In this document: piece by piece, positions 47,625-58,205 of the stretch
Layout of the letters: every line of letters begins with the position of its first letter
Numbering within the stretch: position 1 is the stretch's first letter
Assembly (NCBI GenBank): GCA_045563055.1
Contig: JBJKUR010000012.1
Span: 22,859 to 86,858 of the forward strand
Reading direction: 5' to 3'
Length of the DNA: 64,000 bases
Source of the DNA: Alphaproteobacteria bacterium
GTDB lineage: Bacteria > Pseudomonadota > Alphaproteobacteria > Methylaequorales > Methylaequoraceae
The notes under the pieces: model-generated
Seen by the model: only the letters and a program-made list of their open reading frames with translations
Told to the model about the DNA's origin: nothing
Databases searched by the model: none
Position numbers and translations under genes: made by a program

Positions 47625-48209
47625 ATGAAATCAGTAGATAAAAAATTTAACCTAATCGATTGCTCATTCAAGCTCATTGAAGCTCAGGGATGGAAAGCAT
47701 TTTCATTGGAGAAACTATCACGCAAGGAAGGAATTCCATTAGAGGAAATAGTAAAAAGTTTAGGTTCAAAGGGTAATTTGTTAGGTGAGTTTTCCAAAAT
47801 GATTGATATCAAGGTGGAAGGATCATTTTGTTTTGAAGATGCAGCAAATACTTCACCAAAAGATAATTTATTTGAACTAATTATGTTGAGACTAGAACAT
47901 ATGGAAATTTATAAGAAGGCACTTAAAAAGATTATCGCAGATTTAGATCAAAACCCATTGCCTTTAAAAAAGGTTTTAATTACTGTTACCAATTCACTTG
48001 ATTTTTATTTGGAATTAGCAGGAGCTTATGACAACTCATTTTTTGATATTTTTAAAAAGAAAGTAATTTTATTTTTATATGGTTTAATTTTCAAAACATG
48101 GCTTAAGGACGACTCTCAAGATCTATCATCCACAATGGCAGAATTGGACAAGTTTTTAACATACTCAGAGAAGTTAGCTCAAAAATTTAAAGATTACACT
48201 CCATTTTAA
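47625..48209 (+). CDS. COQ9-like / RpsU-divergently-transcribed family protein
   Basis: It has a TetR-like N-terminal helix bundle (GWKAFSLEKLSRKEGIPLEE) and a helical C-terminus. It lies next to ubiB and ispB. The assignment is tentative. Confidence 0.45.
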   Translation: MKSVDKKFNLIDCSFKLIEAQGWKAFSLEKLSRKEGIPLEEIVKSLGSKGNLLGEFSKMIDIKVEGSFCFEDAANTSPKDNLFELIMLRLEHMEIYKKALKKIIADLDQNPLPLKKVLITVTNSLDFYLELAGAYDNSFFDIFKKKVILFLYGLIFKTWLKDDSQDLSSTMAELDKFLTYSEKLAQKFKDYTPF

Positions 48210-49518
48210 CCTTCTTAAGAGCCAGGATTTGTTTTTTCTTTAAATTTTTAACATCAAAATTTTCGATAAGTTTATGAAATAGTCTATACCAGTTAACTTC
48301 AGCATCGAGGTGTAAAAAAACGGAGCCAAGACCAATTGCCGCTCTATCCATAAAAACAAATTCACGTGGTGGTTTAACACCACCAATTTTTTTTAATTCC
48401 TTATGAACTTTTGCCGCAGCCTCAGCACCATATGTTGATGAATTAGTTTCTTGCATTTTTCTAAGTTTATCTTCCATGAGCGGTGAATAAAGAAATTTTG
48501 CCCATATATTTAGAATATTTATTAAATCTTTTGATATGTTTTCAAACCCCCAACTTTCGTATGCGTGAACAGCTAATTCTTCATTTTTATCTTTTATGGC
48601 AAAGTATAGGTCTATCACACCTTTAACAAATGATGGTTTGAAGATTCTAATACATCCGAAATCTAAAAGATTAATATTCGTTTTATCATCTGATGTATAA
48701 TTCCCTAGGTGCGGGTCTCCATGAATAACTCCATATTTGTAAAATGGGAGATACCAGGCCTTAAACATATTCGTTGCGATCTTTTTCCTTACATTATGTG
48801 GACTATTTTTGAATGCTAATAATTTCTTTCCTTTTAAGAAATTCATGCTTAACAACCTCTTTGTTGAAATACCTTCATAAACTTTTGGAACATTAACTTC
48901 CTTTGTTTCAGCAAAAATTAGTTGAAATAATTTAATGTGTTTATGTTCTTTGTTATAATCAAGCTCCTCTTTAATTCTTGTGCTGATTTCCTTTTGAATT
49001 TCAGTAGTATCAATGCTTTTGTCTATCCTTTTATAAATTGCAAAAATTAACTTTAACTGGTTTATATCTGCTTGGACTATAGAGCTCATATCTGGATATT
49101 GGAGTTTGCATACTACTTCATCACCCTTGTGAACGGCTCTATGAACTTGTCCCAAGGAAGCTGCTGCAAATGGTTCTTTATCAAAAGAATCAAAATTATC
49201 TAGCCAGTTAAAATTCAGTTCATTTTTCATTCTTCTTTTCACAAAGTTCCATCCCATAGGTGGGGCATTAGACTGAAGTTTTGCAAGCTCTTTCATGTAC
49301 TCTTCAGGTAAAAGATCTGGAACGGTTGAAAGAAGTTGTGCTATCTTCATTATAGGTCCCTTGAGACCACCCAAAATATTTTTCAGATCCTGAGCATTTT
49401 TTTCATGCTCCTTCTTTAAAAATTTAGTTCCGATAATTTTAACTGCTATATTTCCTGCAGATGTGCCTAAGTTGGCATATCTTTGAACTCTTTTAGAAAA
49501 TTTATTAATCTCATCCAT
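48187..49518 (-). CDS. ubiB: ABC1/UbiB-family atypical kinase
   Basis: It has the motifs KIAQLLSTVPDLLPEEY and AAASLGQVHRA, plus HGDPHLGN. Confidence 0.85.
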   Translation of the reverse strand: MDEINKFSKRVQRYANLGTSAGNIAVKIIGTKFLKKEHEKNAQDLKNILGGLKGPIMKIAQLLSTVPDLLPEEYMKELAKLQSNAPPMGWNFVKRRMKNELNFNWLDNFDSFDKEPFAAASLGQVHRAVHKGDEVVCKLQYPDMSSIVQADINQLKLIFAIYKRIDKSIDTTEIQKEISTRIKEELDYNKEHKHIKLFQLIFAETKEVNVPKVYEGISTKRLLSMNFLKGKKLLAFKNSPHNVRKKIATNMFKAWYLPFYKYGVIHGDPHLGNYTSDDKTNINLLDFGCIRIFKPSFVKGVIDLYFAIKDKNEELAVHAYESWGFENISKDLINILNIWAKFLYSPLMEDKLRKMQETNSSTYGAEAAAKVHKELKKIGGVKPPREFVFMDRAAIGLGSVFLHLDAEVNWYRLFHKLIENFDVKNLKKKQILALKKVKMECNL

Positions 49519-49698
49519 TACTGATAAGTTAATAGAAAAAAAAAAAAATTAAATGAAAAACATCAAAACGATAGAAATAACGGAAATTAGAATATAATTT
49601 TTCGAGACAAATTCTAGGGTTTTAGCCTTTAAATAGTTTGTGGGGGTAAAATTATTCATCTCATTCATAATGGAAGATTGCAAATTTTGTTCCAAAAT

Positions 49699-50709
49699 TT
49701 AAGAAGTTCTTTGAACAAGATGGTCAAGGAGATTAATTAGTCTTTCCTTTTCAGTAGATTTGGAAAAAGAACCTAAACTATCTTTTGCCATTGTCGAAAA
49801 ATGGTAAGCTTTTTTAACACAATCCATTTTAACATTATACTTATTCATCAGATCTACAACCTTCTCGAAATCATTATTTTCACATTGGTCTTTTGAAATT
49901 ACATATTCTATTATTTTTTTCTCTACTTTGTTACATCTCTTGTAACAAAGTATAAGTGGTAATGACATTTTCCCCTCTTTAAGATCATTTCCAGTATTTT
50001 TTCCGAATTCGTTAAAATTTGAGAAATAATCCAATGTATCATCTATAATTTGGTATGCTATACCAAGAAATATTCCAAACTCTTCCAGGCTTTTCTTTTT
50101 TTCAGAATCGATCTCACTGATTTCACCACCTATTTGGCATGCAGCGGAGAAAAGTTCAGCAGTTTTATGGGTTATTATATCTAAATACTCACTTTCACTT
50201 GTATGCAGGTTTTTGATGGAAACTAGTTGTTTAACCTCACCATGTGAAATTTTAATTGACGCTTGAGAAATTATATCCAGACATTTTAGAGATCCATCAT
50301 TTATAAGCATTCTAAAAGCTTTACTTAGAAGGTAATCACCAACTAAGATGCTAGATTTATTATCCCAAATAAAATTTGCTGTAGATTTACCTCTTCTTTT
50401 TTTGCTGTTATCAACTACATCATCATGAAGAAGTGTCGCGGTATGAATAAACTCAACTGCTGACGCCAGTGGGATGTGCCTATTCCCTGTGTATTTACAT
50501 AGTTTGGAGCATGCAATAGTTAATAGGGGGCGTATCCTTTTACCTCCAGAATTAATGATGTGACTTGATAGATCTGTAATTAAAGAAGCACTTCCTACAA
50601 GGTTGTCTAAGATTGTCTGATTGATCTTTAAGATATCTGGCTCTAGCCAGTGCATAAAAACCTCTAAGGAGTTAGGAGATAGATTTTTATTTAGATTAAT
50701 AGTATTCAT
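49699..50709 (-). CDS. ispB: Polyprenyl diphosphate synthase (octaprenyl type)
   Basis: It has two Asp-rich motifs, LLHDDVVD and DDTLD. Confidence 0.9.
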   Translation of the reverse strand: MNTINLNKNLSPNSLEVFMHWLEPDILKINQTILDNLVGSASLITDLSSHIINSGGKRIRPLLTIACSKLCKYTGNRHIPLASAVEFIHTATLLHDDVVDNSKKRRGKSTANFIWDNKSSILVGDYLLSKAFRMLINDGSLKCLDIISQASIKISHGEVKQLVSIKNLHTSESEYLDIITHKTAELFSAACQIGGEISEIDSEKKKSLEEFGIFLGIAYQIIDDTLDYFSNFNEFGKNTGNDLKEGKMSLPLILCYKRCNKVEKKIIEYVISKDQCENNDFEKVVDLMNKYNVKMDCVKKAYHFSTMAKDSLGSFSKSTEKERLINLLDHLVQRTS

Positions 50710-50806
50710 TAATGTTATTTATTTGATTTTTTTCTTTTGATAACTGTGTTTATGAATATAGTATCCTTAAATTGAATTTTAAATTAATATTTTATAATAA
50801 TTTATA

Positions 50807-51652
50807 ATGTTAAGTTTTCAGCAGATCATTAATAACCTTCAAAATTATTGGGAAAAAAAAGGTTGCTTAATAACCCAACCATATGACTTAGAAATGGGAG
50901 CTGCAACGTTTCACCCAGCTACTACACTAAGAGCGCTAGGACAAAAACCTTGGAAGTCAGTTTTTATTCAACCCTGTAGAAGACCATCAGATGGAAGATA
51001 TGGAAAAAACCCAAATAGATTACAACAGTATTATCAACTTCAAGTAATAATCAAACCGAGTCCAGAAAATTGTCAGGAATTATATTTAGATAGTCTAAAA
51101 TCAATAAATATTAATAAAGAAGACAATGATATAAAATTTATAGAAGACGATTGGGAGAGCCCAACCTTAGGAGCAACAGGGTTAGGCTGGGAGGTTCAAT
51201 GTAACGGTATGGAGATAAGTCAATTCACTTATTTCCAACAAATTGGTGGAATAGATTGCAAGCCAGTGAGTTTAGAACTAACTTATGGTCTTGAAAGGAT
51301 TGCTTGCTTTGTTCAAAATGCCGATAGTGTTTTTGATATAATAATGAACGACTCGGGTATAAGATATAAAGAGATTTTCTATGAAAATGAAAAACAAATG
51401 TCAGCATACAATTTTGAACACGCCCCTGAAGAATACCTATTTGGATCTTTTAGTCATTTTGAGAAAAATTCATCCAATCTGATTTCAAAGAATCTGCCAA
51501 TACCTGCATACGAACAATGCATAAAAGCAAGTCATTCTTTTAATTTATTGGATTCAAGGGGCTTGGTTTCAGCTACAGAAAGGCAGGCCTATATTTTAAG
51601 AATAAGGTCTCTGGTACAAAAATGTTGTAAAATGATTTTAGAAAATGATTGA
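50807..51652 (+). CDS. glyQ: Glycine--tRNA ligase alpha subunit
   Basis: It has a highly conserved GlyQ sequence (FQQII..LQ.YW...GC...QPYD.E.GA.TFHP). Confidence 0.95.
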   Translation: MLSFQQIINNLQNYWEKKGCLITQPYDLEMGAATFHPATTLRALGQKPWKSVFIQPCRRPSDGRYGKNPNRLQQYYQLQVIIKPSPENCQELYLDSLKSININKEDNDIKFIEDDWESPTLGATGLGWEVQCNGMEISQFTYFQQIGGIDCKPVSLELTYGLERIACFVQNADSVFDIIMNDSGIRYKEIFYENEKQMSAYNFEHAPEEYLFGSFSHFEKNSSNLISKNLPIPAYEQCIKASHSFNLLDSRGLVSATERQAYILRIRSLVQKCCKMILEND

Positions 51653-53666
51653 ATTTTTACTTGAAATTTATGGGGAGGAGATACCTTATTCATCTCAAAT
51701 ACTTATTGAAAAACAGCTTAAATTATTGTTTGAGAACCTACTAGATAAAATTGGGATAAAATATAAAGGAATACAAACTTTTTCTACTTCAAGAAGAGCA
51801 ACAATAATAATTAATAATCTCCAAGAATACACAAATGTAAAGTTTAAGGAGTTTAGAGGCCCAAAAGTTGGTGCAGATGATAAAGCACTTCAGGGTTTTC
51901 TGAGGTCAAAAAATTTAAAAAATATTAATTCATTAGATACAAAAATAATTAATAAGAACACATATTATATTTATAAAGAAAAATTAAATAGAGAAAATGT
52001 TGCTAAAATTCTGGAAATAAATATTCCAATAATCCTTGATTCTATAAAATGGAAAAAATCAATGAGATGGGGTGTTAATAAAGAGAGATGGATTAGACCA
52101 ATTAAAAATATTATGGCCATCTTTGGAAACAAAGTTATAAAATTTGAGTTTGCGGGAATTAAATCAAATAATATTACTTATGGTAATTACCAGTTTACTT
52201 CTGAAAAGTTTAAGTGTTCGAATTTCAAAGAATATAAAAAAATAATGTTAAAAAATAAAGTTATTTTAGAGAAAGAAAAAAGAGAAGAAAAAATATTAAA
52301 GGAGATCAATAAATTTTGTATTAAAGAAAACCTTTTATTCCAAGAAAATAATGACCTTTTAAATAGAGTTGCCGGCTCAGTTGAGTTTCCCAATGTTTTT
52401 TTTGGAACATTTGATAAAGAGTATTTTAAATTACCAGATTTTTTATTAGAAAATATACTCTCGCATATTCAGAACTACTTTTCGTTCAAACAAAAGGATA
52501 ATAGGCTCTCAAATACGTTTTGCTTTGTTTCCAATTTACCAAAAGAAAAAAAAAATAATTTAGTTAAGGGTAATCAAAACGTACTTAAGGCAAGATTTAA
52601 TGATGCTGATTTTTTTATTAATGAGGATTTGAAGAAAAGATTAGATGAAAGAATGTTGTATTTAGAGAGAATAGTTTTTTATAAAAACGTAGGAACACTA
52701 TTTCAAAGAGCCAAAAGAATTCAACTATTGGTTGGAAAAATATTAGAAAAAAATAATAAAAACCACAAGGATGTAAATCACTTGAATCTATCGAATGCAG
52801 ATCTTACAACTGATTTAGTTAAAGAGTTTCCAAATTTACAAGGAAAAGTTGGCGGCTATTATGCTAAAAAGGAGAATCTTCCTCCAGAGCTTTGTTTAGC
52901 AATCTCTGACCAATATGAATATGAATTTGGCAGTTCATACTCAAACTATTTAACATATATTTTATCTATATCTCAAAAATTTGACTCTTTATTTGGTTAT
53001 TTTGTTTCATATCATAAATTGTCTGGAGCTGGAGATCCATTTGGAATCAGACGTTCAGCTTTATCAATTATAAAAATATGTATAGACAAAGAAATTGATA
53101 TTAACTTCTCTGAACTTTTTATTTTTATTAGGAGTTTATACGAAGAGCAAAATATTAAAGTTAATATTGAATTCAAATTAATTGAGGAATTCTTTAAAAA
53201 AAGAATTGAAGTTCTGTTTTCTGAATTAAAATTTAGTAGCAATATAATATCAGCATCATTAAAAAAGTCCTCAATGAATCCCTATCTGATTTCGAAAAAA
53301 ATAAAGAGTTTGTCAATATTTATTAGTTCAAAAATAGGTCGGGATTTTCTTATGGCATTTAAAAGACTTGACTCGATGATTGAAACTTATTTAGATGAAA
53401 ATATTGATGTAAAATTACTAACTATGAACGAGGAAAAAGCTCTACATAGACTAATCATTGAATTTGATAGAAACGAATTGCCAAGAAGAAATATAATTAG
53501 CAACGCAGACCTTATTATTAAAATAACAGTTTCATTAAATAAATTTTTTGATTCGGTGATAGTAAATGATAAAGACTTTAAGATTAAGAATAATAGAAAA
53601 GTTTTAATTTCTAACTTTCATAAAGAACTTAATAAAGAGTTCCATTTTTCACTTTTGGTAAAATAA
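51645..53666 (+). CDS. glyS: Glycine--tRNA ligase beta subunit
   Basis: It overlaps the glyQ end. It has a GlyS-like N-terminus (LLEIYGEEIPY) and the expected length. Confidence 0.9.
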   Translation: MIEFLLEIYGEEIPYSSQILIEKQLKLLFENLLDKIGIKYKGIQTFSTSRRATIIINNLQEYTNVKFKEFRGPKVGADDKALQGFLRSKNLKNINSLDTKIINKNTYYIYKEKLNRENVAKILEINIPIILDSIKWKKSMRWGVNKERWIRPIKNIMAIFGNKVIKFEFAGIKSNNITYGNYQFTSEKFKCSNFKEYKKIMLKNKVILEKEKREEKILKEINKFCIKENLLFQENNDLLNRVAGSVEFPNVFFGTFDKEYFKLPDFLLENILSHIQNYFSFKQKDNRLSNTFCFVSNLPKEKKNNLVKGNQNVLKARFNDADFFINEDLKKRLDERMLYLERIVFYKNVGTLFQRAKRIQLLVGKILEKNNKNHKDVNHLNLSNADLTTDLVKEFPNLQGKVGGYYAKKENLPPELCLAISDQYEYEFGSSYSNYLTYILSISQKFDSLFGYFVSYHKLSGAGDPFGIRRSALSIIKICIDKEIDINFSELFIFIRSLYEEQNIKVNIEFKLIEEFFKKRIEVLFSELKFSSNIISASLKKSSMNPYLISKKIKSLSIFISSKIGRDFLMAFKRLDSMIETYLDENIDVKLLTMNEEKALHRLIIEFDRNELPRRNIISNADLIIKITVSLNKFFDSVIVNDKDFKIKNNRKVLISNFHKELNKEFHFSLLVK

Positions 53667-54565
53667 TGATAAATTCATTAAAAAAGAAGATAGAACTATC
53701 TAATTTACTTGGAAGAATTGAGACAGATTTTAATTCAAAAGAAATAGTCAGTGATCTTGACAAATGTCATGGACTTCCAAAAGCACATGTCATTGGAATT
53801 ACAGGGGCTCCTGGGGCTGGTAAATCGTCAATGATTGATAAATTAATTAAATATATGAGAAAAAAAAAAAAATCAGTTGGAGTGATCGCTATTGACCCGT
53901 CTTCAGAAAAATCTGGAGGCGCATTATTAGGAGATAGAACTAGACTTTTATTGGACCCTATGGATGAAAACATTTTTGTAAGATCTATGGCATCAAAAAA
54001 TATGTTGGGGGGTATTTCAGAATTAACATTTCCAACTATGGTTGTAATGAGGTCGATTTTTGATTTTATAATTATTGAGACGGTTGGCGTTGGGCAATCT
54101 GAAATTTTTATAAGAGATATCGCTGATACAGTAATCCTTGGAGTTCAACCAGGAAGCGGCGATACTATCCAATTTATGAAGTCTGGTATATTTGAGATAC
54201 CAGATATAATTGTTGTCACAAAAAGCGATATTACTAAATTAGCAGACATTACTTATGCAGATTTGTCAGGGAGCAAAGGGTATTTTCAGAATCAGGATGC
54301 CTGGAATATCAATATTATTATGATATCATCTTTTAAAGACATTGGTTTTGATAGTTTATATAATGAGCTAACCTTGAGATGGAAGTGGCTGGGAGAAAAA
54401 AATAATCTTTACAAAATGCGTTTAAATCAAGATTTAAAGTGGATCAAAAATAAAATTTCTAAAAGTTATGGAGAGAAGGGTCTTCAAAAAGTGGAAAATG
54501 ATATTGATTATCAAGGTTTGCCTTTTTCGACTCTTAAGAAAATTTCCGAAAAGTTGGATTTATGA
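53666..54565 (+). CDS. meaB: MeaB/ArgK-family G3E GTPase
   Basis: It has the P-loop GITGAPGAGKSS, the motif ETVGVGQSE and NKSD-like TKSD. Confidence 0.75.
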   Translation: MINSLKKKIELSNLLGRIETDFNSKEIVSDLDKCHGLPKAHVIGITGAPGAGKSSMIDKLIKYMRKKKKSVGVIAIDPSSEKSGGALLGDRTRLLLDPMDENIFVRSMASKNMLGGISELTFPTMVVMRSIFDFIIIETVGVGQSEIFIRDIADTVILGVQPGSGDTIQFMKSGIFEIPDIIVVTKSDITKLADITYADLSGSKGYFQNQDAWNINIIMISSFKDIGFDSLYNELTLRWKWLGEKNNLYKMRLNQDLKWIKNKISKSYGEKGLQKVENDIDYQGLPFSTLKKISEKLDL

Positions 54566-55420
54566 TTATGATTTGCTCCACCAGACTTCTGTTGGAGTTA
54601 TAATGGAGTCTCCACTAATTAATTTTTTATTAAAATAAGAATTTATGTTTTTTAGATTAAAATATGCCAAACCAAAATCCGTATTATAACTTGTTATATA
54701 ACCCACAACTTCCTGGTCGTTGTAAATTTCTTTTTTAATTTCACGTTTAAACCCTATTTCTATTTTAAATATTTTTCTTTTCATGAGATTTCTATACTTC
54801 ATTCTCGCTGTAATTTCTTGTCCCATGTAACAACCTTTATCCCAAGAAATACCATTTAATTCGTCAAATCTCATTTCCATAAGAAGAGATTTATTTTGAG
54901 TGGCATCAACATTAAAATCTGGAACAGAGTGTTGTAACCTTAAATCATCGTAAGTTTTCTGCGAAATACTCTTTATATTGATTTTTACAAGATTCTCATG
55001 ATTAAAAACATACAGTCTATTGAAAAATTTTTTAAACCTTGGGTCTTCGAAAATTAAATATTTAAGATTAGATACGGTAATATTTTTAATACTATTATTA
55101 GAGGTTAAGTAAACACTCACATTTTTTAAAGGTAATAATTCTACTTCACAACGAAGTCTATACATTTTGAGTTTTTGTAATATGAGTTCTTCATCTTTTG
55201 ATTCAATTTCCATTAAAAAAGAATCTTGGTGATTTGTTAAAAAAAAGTCGGCAATGAATCTTCCTTGAGGAGTCAAAATAGAGGAATAAATTGATGAATT
55301 ATTTTCTAAATGATAAATGTCATTTGATATTATACCTTGAAAAAAACCAAACCTATCTTTTCCTGAAATCTTAATTAAAGTTCTTTTCTTCAGGTTATAA
55401 AATTGTTTATTATCAAACAT
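54566..55420 (-). CDS. ygfZ: YgfZ-family folate-binding protein
   Basis: It has the signature KGCYMGQEITAR. Confidence 0.75.
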   Translation of the reverse strand: MFDNKQFYNLKKRTLIKISGKDRFGFFQGIISNDIYHLENNSSIYSSILTPQGRFIADFFLTNHQDSFLMEIESKDEELILQKLKMYRLRCEVELLPLKNVSVYLTSNNSIKNITVSNLKYLIFEDPRFKKFFNRLYVFNHENLVKINIKSISQKTYDDLRLQHSVPDFNVDATQNKSLLMEMRFDELNGISWDKGCYMGQEITARMKYRNLMKRKIFKIEIGFKREIKKEIYNDQEVVGYITSYNTDFGLAYFNLKNINSYFNKKLISGDSIITPTEVWWSKS

Positions 55421-55464
55421 AATTTAAATTACACTAAATTATATATTTTAAAATTATTATTTAA

Positions 55465-56427
55465 ATGAAAAAAATTCTCATAATTACATCGAATAGACTT
55501 GGCGATTGTATTCTTTCATCCGGATTAAATAAATACTTCAAACAAAAGTATAGCAACTGTCATTTGACATTCGTTTGTGGAACATTGCCTTCGGAACTAT
55601 TCAAATACTGTAACTTCATAGATAAACTTATTGTTTTAAATAAAAAGAAATATTCGTTACATTGGATCTATTTATGGTACAAAGTTTTTTTCACAAAGTG
55701 GTTTTATGTGATAGACTTGAGAGGGACAGGTTTAAGTTTTTTTTTACTTTCAAAAAAAAGAACTATTTATAGAAAATCACTCAACAGTGAGGAACACAAA
55801 GTATCCGAATTAACAAGGAAAGTAACAGGGAAAATTTTAAGTCCATCATTTAAAATTGTCGATAAAATAAACTCTAGAACTGAATATTTAAATGAAATTT
55901 TAAAAGCAAAAAAAAATAAAAAGATAATTATTGTTGCCCCAACGGCAAACTGGATAGGGAAAATATGGCCTATTGAAAGATATCTGGAATTAACGAATAG
56001 CCTTAGAAAGAAAAAGATATTTTGTAACAGTATATTTATATTTGTAGGCCCATCGGAGGAAAAGTTAGGGTCTGAAATTCTCTTAAAAAAAAAGAGAAAA
56101 TATATTTATGATTTATTTGGAAAGCCATCTGTGATCGAAATATTCAAGATAATGGAAATAGCAGACTTTTTTATTGGAAATGATTCCGGACTAATGCACA
56201 TGGCAGCTTTGGCTAAAACAAAAACAATTGGGCTATTTGGTCCGAGTAATAGTAAAAAGTATGGTCCATGGGGTAAAGGAAACTTGGTGGTTTCAAGTCC
56301 CAAAACTCCGGACCAACTTATGGGTTTCAAAGGCTTTAATCCCAAAAAATGTGGGTCATTAATGCTTGATTTAAAAACTGACGAAGTTTTAAAAAAAATA
56401 TTAAATTATAGTAGAAATAATGAGTGA
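55465..56427 (+). CDS. Glycosyltransferase family 9 (heptosyltransferase-like)
   Basis: It has the GT9 C-terminal motif IGNDSGLMHMAA and the N-terminal LGD. Confidence 0.75.
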   Translation: MKKILIITSNRLGDCILSSGLNKYFKQKYSNCHLTFVCGTLPSELFKYCNFIDKLIVLNKKKYSLHWIYLWYKVFFTKWFYVIDLRGTGLSFFLLSKKRTIYRKSLNSEEHKVSELTRKVTGKILSPSFKIVDKINSRTEYLNEILKAKKNKKIIIVAPTANWIGKIWPIERYLELTNSLRKKKIFCNSIFIFVGPSEEKLGSEILLKKKRKYIYDLFGKPSVIEIFKIMEIADFFIGNDSGLMHMAALAKTKTIGLFGPSNSKKYGPWGKGNLVVSSPKTPDQLMGFKGFNPKKCGSLMLDLKTDEVLKKILNYSRNNE

Positions 56428-57175
56428 TTTATCCGTATTAATTATTATCAAAGATGAAGAAAAGCAGATTGAGAGATGTCTACAGTCAGTAAGTTTCGCT
56501 GATGAAATAGTAGTAATTCTAGACAAATGTAAAGATGGTTCAAAAAAAATTGTCAAAAAATTTACTAAAAACCATTTTTCTGGTAATTGGAAGCTTGAAG
56601 GAGAAAGAAGAAATTATGGCATTAAGAAATGTACTAAGAAGTGGATTCTTGAAGTTGATGCAGATGAGAGAGTGCCAGATGAGCTTAAGACGGAAATTAT
56701 TAATATAATTAATTCAAGTAAAAGTGATTGGCATAAAATAAGGGTAAATAATTTTCTTGGAAAGGATATAATTAACTTTGGGTGGGGAGCATATTTTGGT
56801 AAATCTGCTTATGCAGGCCTATTTAAAAAGGGTATGAAAATTTGGGGGAATGAAAGAGTTCACCCTAAGATAGTATTATTAGGGTCAGAAGGAAATACTC
56901 TGCGAAATAGATTGAATCATTTTTACTGTAAAAATATAGAAGATTTATTTATAAAATTAGATAGTTATTCATCAGCAAGAGCTTTGGATCTTTATAACTC
57001 TGATCATAAAGAGACTTTAGTTAAAAACGTTAAGAGGATATTTTCTAGATTTTGGAAGTGTTTTTTTTTAAGAAAAGGATATAGAGAAAAAGATGTCGGA
57101 TTTGTAATAGCGCTTGTTGCTTCAATATATCCACTTATTTCATACCTTAAATATGTTAGCTTGAAAAATGACTAA
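56420..57175 (+). CDS. Glycosyltransferase family 2
   Basis: It has an N-terminal GT-A pattern (LSVLIIIKDEE) and a DxD-like motif (VDADE). Confidence 0.75.
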   Translation: MSDLSVLIIIKDEEKQIERCLQSVSFADEIVVILDKCKDGSKKIVKKFTKNHFSGNWKLEGERRNYGIKKCTKKWILEVDADERVPDELKTEIINIINSSKSDWHKIRVNNFLGKDIINFGWGAYFGKSAYAGLFKKGMKIWGNERVHPKIVLLGSEGNTLRNRLNHFYCKNIEDLFIKLDSYSSARALDLYNSDHKETLVKNVKRIFSRFWKCFFLRKGYREKDVGFVIALVASIYPLISYLKYVSLKND

Positions 57176-58205
57176 AATACTATTCATTGATGACGGCGTT
57201 GAATTTGACTCTAAAATATTTCGGGAAAAACCCTTGGGTGGTGCTGAAGTTGCTTTTGTAAATTTGGTAGAAAGTTTAGCAAAAACTGGATTTGAAGTTG
57301 TTGTTTATAATAATTGTATCAATCAAGGAAAAATCAATTCTGTTTTTTGGAAAAAAATTGATAAAAATTTGTTTAAAGAAACTTTTGATACATTAGTGAT
57401 AAATAGAGGGGATAAATATTTGGATTTTAAAAAGGAATGTAAAAATAGAATTTTTTGGATTCATAATCCTGCCAAATATTTATTAAAATTTAGATATTTA
57501 TCAAAACTTTTTTTTAATAACACAAAGATAGTCTTTTCGAGCAAATATCATTTAAAAACATATCCGTGGTGGGCACCAGCAGAAGAAAAAATAGTGATAC
57601 CTTATGGTATAGATAATAATCTTTTAAAAAAAAAAAAAACAAATTATTTAAAAAATAAACATGCAATATTTACTTCTAATCCAATGAGAGGGCTAGACTG
57701 GGTTTTAGACAATTGGGAAAAAGAAATTCATCCAGCATGTAAAAATTCTAAACTATTTATATATGCAGGGTTTCAGACTTACGGAAAGTTTGGAAAGAAA
57801 CACTCTAAGAATATTAAGAAAATTCTTAAAAAAGCGAACTCACTAAAAGATAAAGGAGTTGTATTGAACCAACCTGTAAAAAGAAAAGAGCTTTTTAATA
57901 GAATAAAAAAATCTAGAGTATTTATTTATAAAGGAAGTGAGGACGAAACCTTTTGTATGGCAGTTGCAGAATCTCTTGTTTCTGGAGTTCCGGCTGTGGT
58001 AGGAGATTACGGTTGTCTTAATGAGCGGGTAATAAATAATAAAACTGGATTTGTATGTAAAAATGATGTGGAGTTTTATTCAAATACTATTAATCTTCTT
58101 AAAGACGATGATTTATGGAAAAGAATGAGTAAAGAGTGCCAAGAAAAAAAGAATTATTATTCTTGGAATGAAGTCGCAGAAAAATGGAAAAAAATTTTAA
58201 TTTAA
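57168..58205 (+). CDS. Glycosyltransferase family 4 (GT-B)
   Basis: It has the C-terminal E-x7-E-like motif EDETFCMAVAESLVSGVPAV. Confidence 0.7.
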   Translation: MTKILFIDDGVEFDSKIFREKPLGGAEVAFVNLVESLAKTGFEVVVYNNCINQGKINSVFWKKIDKNLFKETFDTLVINRGDKYLDFKKECKNRIFWIHNPAKYLLKFRYLSKLFFNNTKIVFSSKYHLKTYPWWAPAEEKIVIPYGIDNNLLKKKKTNYLKNKHAIFTSNPMRGLDWVLDNWEKEIHPACKNSKLFIYAGFQTYGKFGKKHSKNIKKILKKANSLKDKGVVLNQPVKRKELFNRIKKSRVFIYKGSEDETFCMAVAESLVSGVPAVVGDYGCLNERVINNKTGFVCKNDVEFYSNTINLLKDDDLWKRMSKECQEKKNYYSWNEVAEKWKKILI

